From positions 1-21,652 of the forward strand of contig CAWJBB010000011.1 of the NCBI GenBank assembly GCA_963840855.1: DNA of 21,652 bases, written 5' to 3'. The position numbers and the translations under genes are program-made. This DNA is from an uncultured delta proteobacterium (GTDB lineage Bacteria; Desulfobacterota; Binatia; UBA9968). This document shows, one piece after another, positions 1 through 7,827 of the stretch (positions are counted from its first letter, which is position 1; the number at the start of each line of letters is the position of its first letter). The notes under the pieces are model-generated. The model saw only the letters and a program-made list of their open reading frames with translations. It did no database searches and was not told the origin of the DNA.

Positions 1-469
1 CGGTTGTGCCACATTTGGGCGGTTCGGATGCCCGGCGCAGATCTTGAATGGTCGCAAAGGGACTGTCCGCGCGAATGTAGAAAAGGCGAGTCGCCGGCGT
101 AGAGCTGCCGATCCAAGTCATTTTCGGCCAGTCGAATTGGACTTCTTTGCGCCCGATCAACTGCTCAAAATACAGCGCGGCATTGAATGTACCCAGGGTC
201 AGACCGTCCGGCTTGGCGATGCTATATACATAGTTGGCCGCGACCATCGAGCCGGCGCCGGTCATCGACTGGACAATGAAACCGGGATTGCCGGGTATAT
301 ATTTGCTCATGTACTGAGCGGCGAGTCTCGCCCAGGTATCGTGAGTGGTTCCCGCCGGGTACCCGACGATAACCCGTATCGTCTTGCCTTCGTAAAAGGG
401 ACTTTGCGCGAGTACCGCCGGACTCCACAAGAGTAGCAGCAGGAGGACAGCCGAGGTTTTTATGACCAT
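1..469 (-). CDS. Bug/TctC-type tripartite tricarboxylate transporter substrate-binding protein (5' part; runs off the window edge)
   Basis: Manual translation from ATG 469 (alternative in-frame ATG at 484): MVIKTSAVLLLLLLWSPAVLAQSPFYEGKTIRVIVGYPAGTTHDTWARL...MTGAGSMVAANYVYSIAKPDGLT...EPPKCGTT. It has a signal peptide and is clearly paralogous to 15653-16681 and 16705-17757. Absent from the ORF track because there is no stop in the window. Confidence 0.9.
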   Translation of the reverse strand, partial: MVIKTSAVLLLLLLWSPAVLAQSPFYEGKTIRVIVGYPAGTTHDTWARLAAQYMSKYIPGNPGFIVQSMTGAGSMVAANYVYSIAKPDGLTLGTFNAALYFEQLIGRKEVQFDWPKMTWIGSSTPATRLFYIRADSPFATIQDLRRASEPPKCGTT

Positions 470-552
470 GCGACGATCGTGCATTTGAGTCCGTTGCGCG
501 AATTCGTCGCTCTTTTACTCCTTTCTTAGCTCGACCGTCAAGTCATGTGTCC

Positions 553-735
553 TGTCTCAGAAGTCGTTACATAATTCAATCGTCATTCCGGGCGAGCCGG
601 CGTGACCCCCCTTTCGCGAGGAGGCGCGACCCGGAATCCAGGGTAAGGGCGGGTTTAAAACCCGCCCCTACAAGCCCGCTTTCGCGGGCATGACGGCGGG
701 GAGACCACCGACTTCATTAGCGAACTTCTGGGACA
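553..735. repeat. Composite palindromic repeat / MITE-like element (terminal IRs enclosing CGTC-type and GTAG-type REP-like hairpins)
   Basis: TGTCTCAGAAGT (553-564) and ACTTCTGGGACA (724-735) are inverted, 11/12 match. Inside lies CGTCATTCCGGG...CCCGGAATCCA...CCCGCTTTCGCGGGCATGACG (581-695), and inside that GTAAGGGCGGGTTTAAAACCCGCCCCTAC (643-671). Confidence 0.75.
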
Positions 736-798
736 CCACCCTGGGCGTGCCGGTTCGCTAGTGAGAGTGGTGAAGAAAGTCGATTTAGAGGGGGAGTT

Positions 799-960
799 TC
801 ACTTCGCCAGACTGAGCAAGTAATCATTATTGATACGCAGCAGGATTTGAATAAGCCCATACAGCAATGCTGCATAACCGCAAAGACACCCGGAAACGAT
901 CGCTGAGACAAAAAGCTTGCGCATCATAAGATCACCCGCGTTTGAGATTTCAGCAGCCAC
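799..960 (-). CDS. Small hypothetical membrane protein (53 aa; 42 aa if started at ATG 927)
   Basis: GTG 960 to TGA 799: MAAEISNAGDLMMRKLFVSAIVSGCLCGYAALLYGLIQILLRINNDYLLSLAK. One hydrophobic stretch of about 26 aa. Upstream AAGGAG and GAAGGA SD-like motifs and a sigma54-type promoter in the same orientation. Confidence 0.65.
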   Translation of the reverse strand: MAAEISNAGDLMMRKLFVSAIVSGCLCGYAALLYGLIQILLRINNDYLLSLAK

Positions 961-1012
961 TGTTTCCTTCGTTCTCCTTTTCCGCTAAGAAACTCTCTTT
1001 GCCAAATTCTAT

Positions 1013-1029
1013 CGCAACCCCGATGCCAG
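1013..1029 (-). promoter_or_regulatory. sigma54 (RpoN) -24/-12 promoter
   Basis: Minus strand reads CTGGCATCGGGGTTGCG, matching TGGCA-N6-TTGC with exact GG-N10-GC spacing, about 52 nt upstream of the small ORF start. Confidence 0.7.
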
Positions 1030-1065
1030 CGCCCTGTCGCGCCTAATTGCCCGAAATCAATGCAA

Positions 1066-1078
1066 TATCAAGTAGGTG
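1066..1078. promoter_or_regulatory. Putative IHF binding site
   Basis: TATCAAGTAGGTG versus consensus WATCAANNNNTTR (1 mismatch), located between the sigma54 box and an upstream palindrome. Confidence 0.4.
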
Positions 1079-1144
1079 CTGCTTGCACAGGTAGCCCGGG
1101 ATGTAAACGGCGGATGCAGTAAGCGTATACAAATGTTCCCTAAG

Positions 1145-1160
1145 GTAAGACGAAACTTAC
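1145..1160. promoter_or_regulatory. Palindromic putative enhancer (bEBP upstream activating site)
   Basis: GTAAG-acgaaa-CTTAC dyad about 115-130 nt upstream of the sigma54 -24 box. Related GTAA half-sites at about 1103 and 1119. Confidence 0.35.
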
Positions 1161-1236
1161 GGACGAGAAAGAAACAAGAAAAGAGACAGGATGCCTGTCG
1201 GCGTTCGTTCGCTTGGCAATTGGCCAATGTCGAAAT

Positions 1237-1980
1237 TTAAGTTTCCGAGTACGGCCCGTGCAGCTTGACCGGCGCTGCGGCGGTCGGTCGTACTCTCAGA
1301 TTGAGCATTTCGACAAATACGGAAAAGGCCATTGCGGAGTAAATATAGCCCTTCGGAATATGTTGGTCGAAACCTTCAGCGATGAGCGTCATGCCGATCA
1401 GCAGGAGAAAACTCAGCGCCAACATCTTTACGGTAGGATGGTGCTCGACGAAGCGGCCGATGGCTCCGGCAAAACCCATCATGACGAATACCGCGACGAT
1501 CACCGCGGCGGCCATGATGCCGATATCGTCGACCATGCCGATGGCGGTAATCACCGAGTCGAGCGAAAAAACTATGTCGAGAAGCAAAATCTGCACGATC
1601 ACGCTGGTAAACGTCGGCGCCACGCGTGACGACGAACGCCCCTGCTCGCCTTCGAGTCTCTGGTGAATCTCGTGCGTGCTTTTGGCGATCAAAAACAGCC
1701 CGCCGACGATGAGGATTAAGTCGCGGCCTGAAATCTCCTGTTGAAAAATAGTGAACAGCGGCGCGGTCAGACGGATCATCCATGATAGCGAGAACAAAAG
1801 CATAAGGCGCATCAGCATCGCCAGTGCGAGGCCGGTGTAGCGGGCTCTGGCTTGCGTGGCCGGAGGCAGCTTGCCCGCCAGGATTGAGATGAATACGACG
1901 TTGTCTATGCCGAGAACGATTTCGAGAGCCAGGAGCGTGCCAAACGCAATCCAGGCCTGCGGGCTAGTAATCCAGTCCAT
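1237..1980 (-). CDS. TerC family integral membrane protein (YkoY/YgdQ-like)
   Basis: 247 aa, multiple TM segments, TerC motifs LEIVLGIDN and DIVFSLDSVITAIG. Confidence 0.93.
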   Translation of the reverse strand: MDWITSPQAWIAFGTLLALEIVLGIDNVVFISILAGKLPPATQARARYTGLALAMLMRLMLLFSLSWMIRLTAPLFTIFQQEISGRDLILIVGGLFLIAKSTHEIHQRLEGEQGRSSSRVAPTFTSVIVQILLLDIVFSLDSVITAIGMVDDIGIMAAAVIVAVFVMMGFAGAIGRFVEHHPTVKMLALSFLLLIGMTLIAEGFDQHIPKGYIYSAMAFSVFVEMLNLRVRPTAAAPVKLHGPYSET

Positions 1981-2056
1981 AAATCACGATCCTCGCCAGC
2001 TTTCTGAGGGCGTCTTTATCTGCGATTTGTTACACCGAGCCGCGCGGAGATTGAAT

Positions 2057-3382
2057 TCATGCCTGCGCGAGCTCGCCGGTTACGGGAATGGCCGGTGGCT
2101 TATGTCCTCCCGAACTAATGGTCAGCGCCAATCCGGCCGCTAACAAGCCCATGAACGCGCCGCTCAAAAATGCATAATGATATTCGCCGAATTGCATATA
2201 TGCCCAACCGCCGGCAACGGACGCCAGCGCCGCGCCGATTTGATGGGACACAAAAACCAGACCGAAGAGACTTCCTATTCTCTGTTGCCCGAAAGTGTTG
2301 ACGAGAATCGCGATTGTCGCCGGTCCCGTGGCAAACCAATCCAGGCCGTACAAAACGGCGAAGGCGAACAGACCCAACGACTCGGTGACAAACGGCAAAA
2401 CAAAGAGCGACAAGCCGCGCAGAAAATACGCCGCCGAGAGCACTTTGCGCGCATCGACTCGGTCCACGAGCCAACCCGCGAAGGTTGTGCCGACGAAGCT
2501 TGCCAGCCCCATGATGCCAACCGCCGTGGCTGCCATCACTTCCGGAATGCCGCGTTCGATGGCATGCGGAATCATATGTGTGCCGACGAGACCGTTGGCC
2601 GTCACCCCGCAAACAAAAAAACAGCCGCTCAAGAGCCAGAAGGTCGAATCTTTAAATACTACGGTAAAAGACGAGTTGAGATCTTGCCGGACCGCGCCCT
2701 GCGCGTGCACGGTTTGCGTGGGCGGCCGTTGGATTTCCGTCCCATCTTTAAGGGGTTCAAGGCCGACGTCGGATGGGTTGTCGTGCAAGCCCCACCAGAT
2801 AGCCGGGAGAAGAACCACGGCCGAAACCACTATCACCATCAACGCCACCCGCCAGCCACTGGAAACTATGACGGCCATGAGCAGCGGCAGAAAAATCGCC
2901 TGGCCCGCCGCGTTGGCGTTCGACAGGATGCCTAATGCCAAGCCTCTTCGAGCGATAAACCAACGGCTGGTTACGCTTGCGGCCAGCGACGGAGTGATAC
3001 CGGTTGCGAGGCCTAAAACTATTCCCCAGACAACCAGAAACTGCCAGAGCTCTCGCACCAACACCGTACCGGTCACACCGGCAGCTATGGTTGCGAGGCT
3101 ACAAAGTATGACCCGGCGCGGCCCGAAGCGGTCGAGAAGCCAGCCGCCGATGGGAGCCATAAAACCGTAGATCAGCAGGTTAAGACTCGCCGCGGAAGAG
3201 ATCGCCGTTCGGCCCCAACCAAACTCCGCTTCCAACGGATGAATCAACACGGCAGGCGCCGACCGTATCGCCGATGCGACCAGATAGGCGACAAAACTCA
3301 GGCCGACGATGAACCAACCGTAATAGAATGGCAGAGAGACCCGGACGCGAGCCGGTCGCGTGTTGGAAAAGTTTTCGCGCAT
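2057..3382 (-). CDS. MFS transporter
   Basis: 441 aa, about 12 TM segments, MFS motif A (GWLLDRFGPRR; GWLVDRVDARK). Confidence 0.93.
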   Translation of the reverse strand: MRENFSNTRPARVRVSLPFYYGWFIVGLSFVAYLVASAIRSAPAVLIHPLEAEFGWGRTAISSAASLNLLIYGFMAPIGGWLLDRFGPRRVILCSLATIAAGVTGTVLVRELWQFLVVWGIVLGLATGITPSLAASVTSRWFIARRGLALGILSNANAAGQAIFLPLLMAVIVSSGWRVALMVIVVSAVVLLPAIWWGLHDNPSDVGLEPLKDGTEIQRPPTQTVHAQGAVRQDLNSSFTVVFKDSTFWLLSGCFFVCGVTANGLVGTHMIPHAIERGIPEVMAATAVGIMGLASFVGTTFAGWLVDRVDARKVLSAAYFLRGLSLFVLPFVTESLGLFAFAVLYGLDWFATGPATIAILVNTFGQQRIGSLFGLVFVSHQIGAALASVAGGWAYMQFGEYHYAFLSGAFMGLLAAGLALTISSGGHKPPAIPVTGELAQA

Positions 3383-3452
3383 CCTTGATTTCTATCAGAA
3401 AGGTCCCCAACACAAAACCGCTCTCGAATAACCATGAGATCATCCGCCAAAA

Positions 3453-4538
3453 TCAGGCTGCGACACCGAAAAGTCTGAGCGCGTTCTGTCCCAATATTCC
3501 TTCCTTGGCCTCCCAAGACAGATCTTCGCGCGCTTTGATGACTGGAACGGTATTGGGCCAGCTTCCCATCGTATCCGCATGCGGATAGTCAGTGCCGACA
3601 ACCCAGCTCGTATGACCGTAGCGCCCGATCAGCACGCCCAGGAGAGCCTCGGTGGTTCGCACGGAAAAATACAATCGATCGAGATATTCGATGGGTTCTC
3701 GCTTCGGCCTCGAGCGCAGTCGATCGTAATCGCCTTCGGCGGAGTGCACGGCGGCGAGGCCTTCCATTAAGTGCGGCACTTGCGTCCCGCCACCCTCGAG
3801 GAAGCAGAAACGAAGCCTGGGAAATGCGTCGAGCACGCCGCCGAACATCAAATTTGCGATGGTAATCGAGTTCTCCATCGAGTTGCCAAGTGCGCTCCAA
3901 AAGCCGTAGCCGCGCGTGGCGTAGTGCCGGGTCATGCGCCAGCCGCCGACAATCGGACCCGTGTTTACCGGATGAAAAATAATCGGAATCCCGAGTTCTT
4001 CCGCCTTCGCGAAAACCGGCCAGAACTCCTCCGCATCGAGGTCCTTATCGTTAACGGTGGTGTAGCATACGGCGCCGCTAAGGCCCTGCTCGCCCACGGC
4101 CCGAGCCAGCTCTGCCACGGCGAGCTTCGGTTTCTGCATCGGCAGAGTCGCCAAGCCAAGAAATTTTCCGGGGTACTTTTTCACCATGCGGCCGACGGCA
4201 TTATTGTAAGAGCGGCAAACCGCGCTGGCGAGCTCCGGCTCGACATCGTAGTAAAAGGAACCATTGCTCGGCACTAAAACTTGAATGTCGATCTCGGCTT
4301 TGGCCATATCCGCTATACGAACATCCGGTCTATTGCCGGAGGAGCGCGGTCTTGGGTTAAAAGGATTTGGAATGGCGCGCGCATAGTCCGGAATGTTTCG
4401 TTGGCGCGCCGGATAGACAACGCACGATCGCCCTTGAGAATCGGTTTCGATTCGCGGCCCTTCCTTGCGAAGTTCCTCAGGCACCTCGTCAAAGGCGTCC
4501 TCCGGCAAGATATGTGAGTCACAATCGACATAAGCCAT
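3453..4538 (-). CDS. Amidohydrolase-2 family metalloenzyme (ACMSD/LigW-like decarboxylase/hydratase superfamily)
   Basis: N-terminal DCDSH, YNN, FHP, LEGG and GTDYPH motifs. ATG 4538 is preferred because GAGAGGAG lies 8 nt upstream; the track starts at GTG 4547. Confidence 0.9.
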   Translation of the reverse strand: MAYVDCDSHILPEDAFDEVPEELRKEGPRIETDSQGRSCVVYPARQRNIPDYARAIPNPFNPRPRSSGNRPDVRIADMAKAEIDIQVLVPSNGSFYYDVEPELASAVCRSYNNAVGRMVKKYPGKFLGLATLPMQKPKLAVAELARAVGEQGLSGAVCYTTVNDKDLDAEEFWPVFAKAEELGIPIIFHPVNTGPIVGGWRMTRHYATRGYGFWSALGNSMENSITIANLMFGGVLDAFPRLRFCFLEGGGTQVPHLMEGLAAVHSAEGDYDRLRSRPKREPIEYLDRLYFSVRTTEALLGVLIGRYGHTSWVVGTDYPHADTMGSWPNTVPVIKAREDLSWEAKEGILGQNALRLFGVAA

Positions 4539-4650
4539 TGGCGTCACTCCTCTCTAGGTAATGCTCAAAAGGCGCCGGCTCGACGCAGAGTCTGTGACAC
4601 TCAGGGCGCCGATACCTAAAAACATTGAAACCTACCCGTCCTTCCGCCCG

Positions 4651-5802
4651 TTACCTTCCCTTGCCGGCGCTCGCCAAGCCTTTTTTGATGATGTCGCGAA
4701 TTGCCTCGAGCTCCAATATCCAATCGGGTTCCAACCAGAGAAATTTCGCTCCTTTGATCCGCCGTGCGCGGTCGCTGACTTTTTCCTTGGAGATATCCTC
4801 GCGCAGGGAATCGTAGAGTCCTCCGGTCTTTTCATTGTAGTCAAGCCACGTCGCTTGCCCCTCCCGAGATAACAACCAGTTAACCGCAACTTTCGCGGCG
4901 TTGGGATGGGGCGCGCGGTTGAAGAAACTCAAGGTGCCGTTATACGCGGTTACCGAGGAGCCTTCTTTTAAGGAGCCCGGTAAAAATTGACTGAGCGGCA
5001 GTCCCTGCATCATGGCGGTATCCACATCCCGCGCGCCGATACCGAACGCGAATTTCCCCGCGCTGAGCCAATCGAGCAATTGCTCGTTGGAGCCGACGAT
5101 GGCGATCTCCGTCTCGGCGTGTAACCGTCGGAGAAACTCCGGTCCCAGATCCGGGTGCTTGAAGAAAAAGATCTGCGCCGCGCTAATCGGGCCGGAGACC
5201 AGCGGATCTACCGAGGCGATCTTGCCCTTCCATTTAGGGCTTAACAAATCCCAATAAGATTTAATTTCCTCTGGCTTTACCAGTTTGGTGTTGTAAGTTA
5301 TCTCCCCGCTTCGCGGCGTGCCCTCGAAGACGAATATGTAACGCTTCTCCGGATCATCATAATGATGCTTGCCTTCGTACCAGCCGGTCGTATCTATGAC
5401 TTCGGGCAAGAGCAATAAGGGTTTGATGGGTTCTAAAATTTTGGCGCGATGAAATACCGTCAACGGAGATATGTTTCCCGAGACATACAGGTCGACCGCG
5501 AACCTATCGGCGCGGCGCTCGCTCATGACGCGCTGGCTCAACTGAGGCCCTCTTCCGGTCACCATGGTCACTTTAATTTTTGGATATTTTTTCTGAAAGG
5601 CGGCGCGAAATACCGGTTCAAAAGCTTGAGTCATGTAGATGACCAGCGCGCCTTCTTCCTCCGCCGCTTTGACCGTCTTGTCCCACTCCGCCTGCCAGGC
5701 CGGCCTCGCCTCGGCCGCGAAGGAAGGCATTGGCGACGACGCGGAAAGGCACACGAGCAGTGTTGCAGTGACTGGAACGCTAAACCATGTCAACCTTGGC
5801 AT
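4651..5802 (-). CDS. Extracellular solute-binding protein, ABC type (Fe3+/thiamine/polyamine-like SBP class)
   Basis: 383 aa with signal peptide and motifs AAEEEGALVIY, YNTKLV, SYWDLLSPKWKGK and APHPNAAKVAVNWLLSREGQ. Confidence 0.88.
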   Translation of the reverse strand: MPRLTWFSVPVTATLLVCLSASSPMPSFAAEARPAWQAEWDKTVKAAEEEGALVIYMTQAFEPVFRAAFQKKYPKIKVTMVTGRGPQLSQRVMSERRADRFAVDLYVSGNISPLTVFHRAKILEPIKPLLLLPEVIDTTGWYEGKHHYDDPEKRYIFVFEGTPRSGEITYNTKLVKPEEIKSYWDLLSPKWKGKIASVDPLVSGPISAAQIFFFKHPDLGPEFLRRLHAETEIAIVGSNEQLLDWLSAGKFAFGIGARDVDTAMMQGLPLSQFLPGSLKEGSSVTAYNGTLSFFNRAPHPNAAKVAVNWLLSREGQATWLDYNEKTGGLYDSLREDISKEKVSDRARRIKGAKFLWLEPDWILELEAIRDIIKKGLASAGKGR

Positions 5803-5880
5803 GAGACCCTCCCCTCGCCTCGCACGATCATCCCGGATGCGCGAGCGAACTGTATCATATAATTAACGTCCGCCGTGCAT

Positions 5881-5965
5881 GTTCCGACAAGCCTGTCCTG
5901 AGCAAATTCTAAAGGCTCACAGCGAACGGTTTTTTCCTGATCCGTTCGCCCTGAGACCTGTAGGG
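5881..5965. repeat. REP-like palindromic repeat (degenerate)
   Basis: CTCACAGCGAACGG (5916-5929) and CCGTTCGCCCTGAG (5942-5955) are inverted, 12/14 match. GTCCTGAGCAAA at 5895-5906 recurs at 7932-7943. Confidence 0.65.
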
Positions 5966-6040
5966 CTATTGCAATCCAATGCAAACTGACCCAAGCTTTC
6001 GGTGCCCGCGTCGTCTAATTATCGTGAAGACAGTATTTCC

Positions 6041-6451
6041 ATGACGCCGATGAATCTCGCCCAACCGCTGTTCACCGTCTTGCTCCTGTTAACGCTGGCC
6101 AACCCCACGTTACTCCTTGCCCAGGCTCTGGATCCCGCGGAAATACAGAAAATCGAGATCCTCATCAAGCAGGTCCGCGCGTTGAAAGACGCCAGGTTCA
6201 TCCGCAATGGTTCAAGTTACAGCGCGGACGACGCGGCGACCTTCCTGCGCCTCAAATGGCAAGCGAACGAGTCGAATGTCAAAACCGCCCGCGACTTTAT
6301 CGACAAGGTTGCAAGTTTTTCGGGAACCTCAACCAAACCCTATCTGATCCGTTTCAATGACGGCAGGGAAATCAAAAGCCAGGAGTTCCTCCTCGCGGAA
6401 CTAAAAAAAATCGAGAAAGCACGCGAGGAACAGCGCGCCAGCGGCGGCTAA
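6041..6451 (+). CDS. Exported DUF5329 (YfeK-like) protein
   Basis: Signal peptide followed by KIEILI...FIRNGSSY...FLRLKW...TARDFIDKVASFSGTSTKPY, recalled as DUF5329. Start uncertain (ATG 6041 or 6050; track GTG 6002). Confidence 0.75.
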   Translation: MTPMNLAQPLFTVLLLLTLANPTLLLAQALDPAEIQKIEILIKQVRALKDARFIRNGSSYSADDAATFLRLKWQANESNVKTARDFIDKVASFSGTSTKPYLIRFNDGREIKSQEFLLAELKKIEKAREEQRASGG

Positions 6452-6463
6452 TTCAACAGTCGT

Positions 6464-6839
6464 ATGCCCGACATCTATACTAAGATCACGGCAGCTCCGC
6501 CGCAAATTCTTGCCGGTCTATCTAATGGATGCCTGTTCCGATGCATTTCGGGAGCACTACGTGCATGATCCTTGGCTGGTACGGCGTCTGCCGGCGTTGC
6601 TGCGAGGGGCAGACGTCCAGCTCCAATCTGCCCGTAGCTATGGCTATGTGGAAACGTCCAAGCCTGGGTTCATGCTCGCCAGCTGGGTTGACTTGGGCGC
6701 GGACGCGCTAGCTGCCTCGGGACGGATTGGGGCGGACATGGCGGCCGCGTTGAAGGCGGAAGCCCGGCGGCGTATCACCAATGGGGAGTATTTTGGGCAC
6801 ATTGCCTACATGAGTGTCGTGGCTCGTAAACCCGCTTGA
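6464..6839 (+). pseudogene. Internally deleted, frameshifted class I SAM-dependent methyltransferase remnant
   Basis: ATG 6464 gives MPDIYTKITAAPPQILAGL. A different frame then carries DACSDAFREHYVHDPWLVRRLP...YFGHIAYMSVVARKPA, resembling the C-terminus of UbiE-like methyltransferases. No GxGxG SAM motif is present. A TCTA duplication sits at the junction (6517-6524). Confidence 0.65.
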
Positions 6840-6885
6840 TGCCTATGCTCACAACGAGGCCAATCCCAACCCACCGATTAACCGC

Positions 6886-7827
6886 TTACCCTTCTTGGCT
6901 TTCCAAAAACCGCTCCGCATCGATGGCGGCCATGCAGCCGGTGCCGGCGGCGGTGACGGCCTGGCGGTAGATGTGGTCCTGTACGTCGCCGCAGGCAAAG
7001 ACGCCAGGAATTTTGGTCTTGGTGCCGTCGTGGGTGAGAATGTAACCTGTCGGGTTTAAATCCAGTTGTCCGGCGAAGAGTTTCGAATTGGGCTCATGGC
7101 CGATGGCAATAAAGAGACCGCCGCATTTGAAGTCTTCGGTCTTGCCGGTTTTAACATTCCTGAATCGAACGCCGGTGACTCCTCCGGCTTTAGGATCGCC
7201 GTATACTTCGTCCACAACGGTGTCCCACACAAATGAAATCTTGGGGTTTTTTTCGGCGCGGTCCTGCATGATCTTGGACGCGCGCAATTTGTCGCGGCGA
7301 TGTGCGACGGTCACCTTGGATGCGAATTTGGTAAGAAAGGTCGCCTCCTCCATCGCTGTGTCACCGCCGCCGACTACGACCAGGTCTTTATCCTTGAAGA
7401 AAAAGCCGTCGCAGGTTGCGCAGGCGGAAACGCCATGGCCCATGAGCTTGCCCTCGGATGCGAGGCCCAGAAGCTTCGCCGTGGCGCCGGTCGCGATGAT
7501 CAAGGCAGCGCAAGTGATTTGTTCCTTGCCAATCAGCACGTGAAACGGGCGCTGCTTCAAATCGACGGATGCCACGTCGCCGAACTCGGTTTCCGTACCG
7601 AAGCGCACCGCTTGTTTCTTCAATAGTTCCATCAAGTCCGGCCCCATGATTCCGTCCGGGAATCCGGGATAATTTTCAACATCGGTGGTTATCGTCAGCT
7701 GCCCGCCAGGTTGTGAGCCTTCAACGACCAGGGGCTCCAGGTTCGCTCGCGCCGCATAAATCGCCGCCGTGAGACCGGCAGCGCCGGAGCCTAATATGAT
7801 GACTTTGTAGTGACTTTTTTTCGCCAT
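6886..7827 (-). CDS. trxB: Thioredoxin-disulfide reductase
   Basis: GSGAAG FAD motif, GGQLTITTDVENYPGF, redox CATC, VVGGGDTA, and GDVQD...RQAVTAAGTGC. Start taken at MAKKSH (ATG 7827). Confidence 0.97.
   Translation of the reverse strand: MAKKSHYKVIILGSGAAGLTAAIYAARANLEPLVVEGSQPGGQLTITTDVENYPGFPDGIMGPDLMELLKKQAVRFGTETEFGDVASVDLKQRPFHVLIGKEQITCAALIIATGATAKLLGLASEGKLMGHGVSACATCDGFFFKDKDLVVVGGGDTAMEEATFLTKFASKVTVAHRRDKLRASKIMQDRAEKNPKISFVWDTVVDEVYGDPKAGGVTGVRFRNVKTGKTEDFKCGGLFIAIGHEPNSKLFAGQLDLNPTGYILTHDGTKTKIPGVFACGDVQDHIYRQAVTAAGTGCMAAIDAERFLESQEG

Noticed and set aside
44-436. 130-aa plus-strand ORF
   Set aside because: Antisense shadow of the Bug/TctC gene on the minus strand.
581-695. Palindromes as a possible CRISPR array or tRNA
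   Set aside because: No repeated direct-repeat/spacer units, no cas genes and no cloverleaf with a T-loop.
717-911. 64-aa Cys-rich minus-strand track ORF
   Set aside because: TTG start without an SD, and it runs into the repeat. The overlapping 799-960 frame has SD motifs and a coherent TM helix.
1981-2056. yybP-ykoY Mn2+ riboswitch expected upstream of TerC
   Set aside because: The spacer is only 76 nt and I could not recognise the motif.
2177-3170. Long antisense ORFs (252 and 291 aa) over the MFS gene, and similar ones such as 16001-16780
   Set aside because: Typical stop-poor antisense frames of GC-rich or hydrophobic genes, with no motifs.
6440-6885. DUF5329 and methyltransferase as integron cassettes
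   Set aside because: No RYYYAAC...GTTRRRY attC structure or integrase was found.
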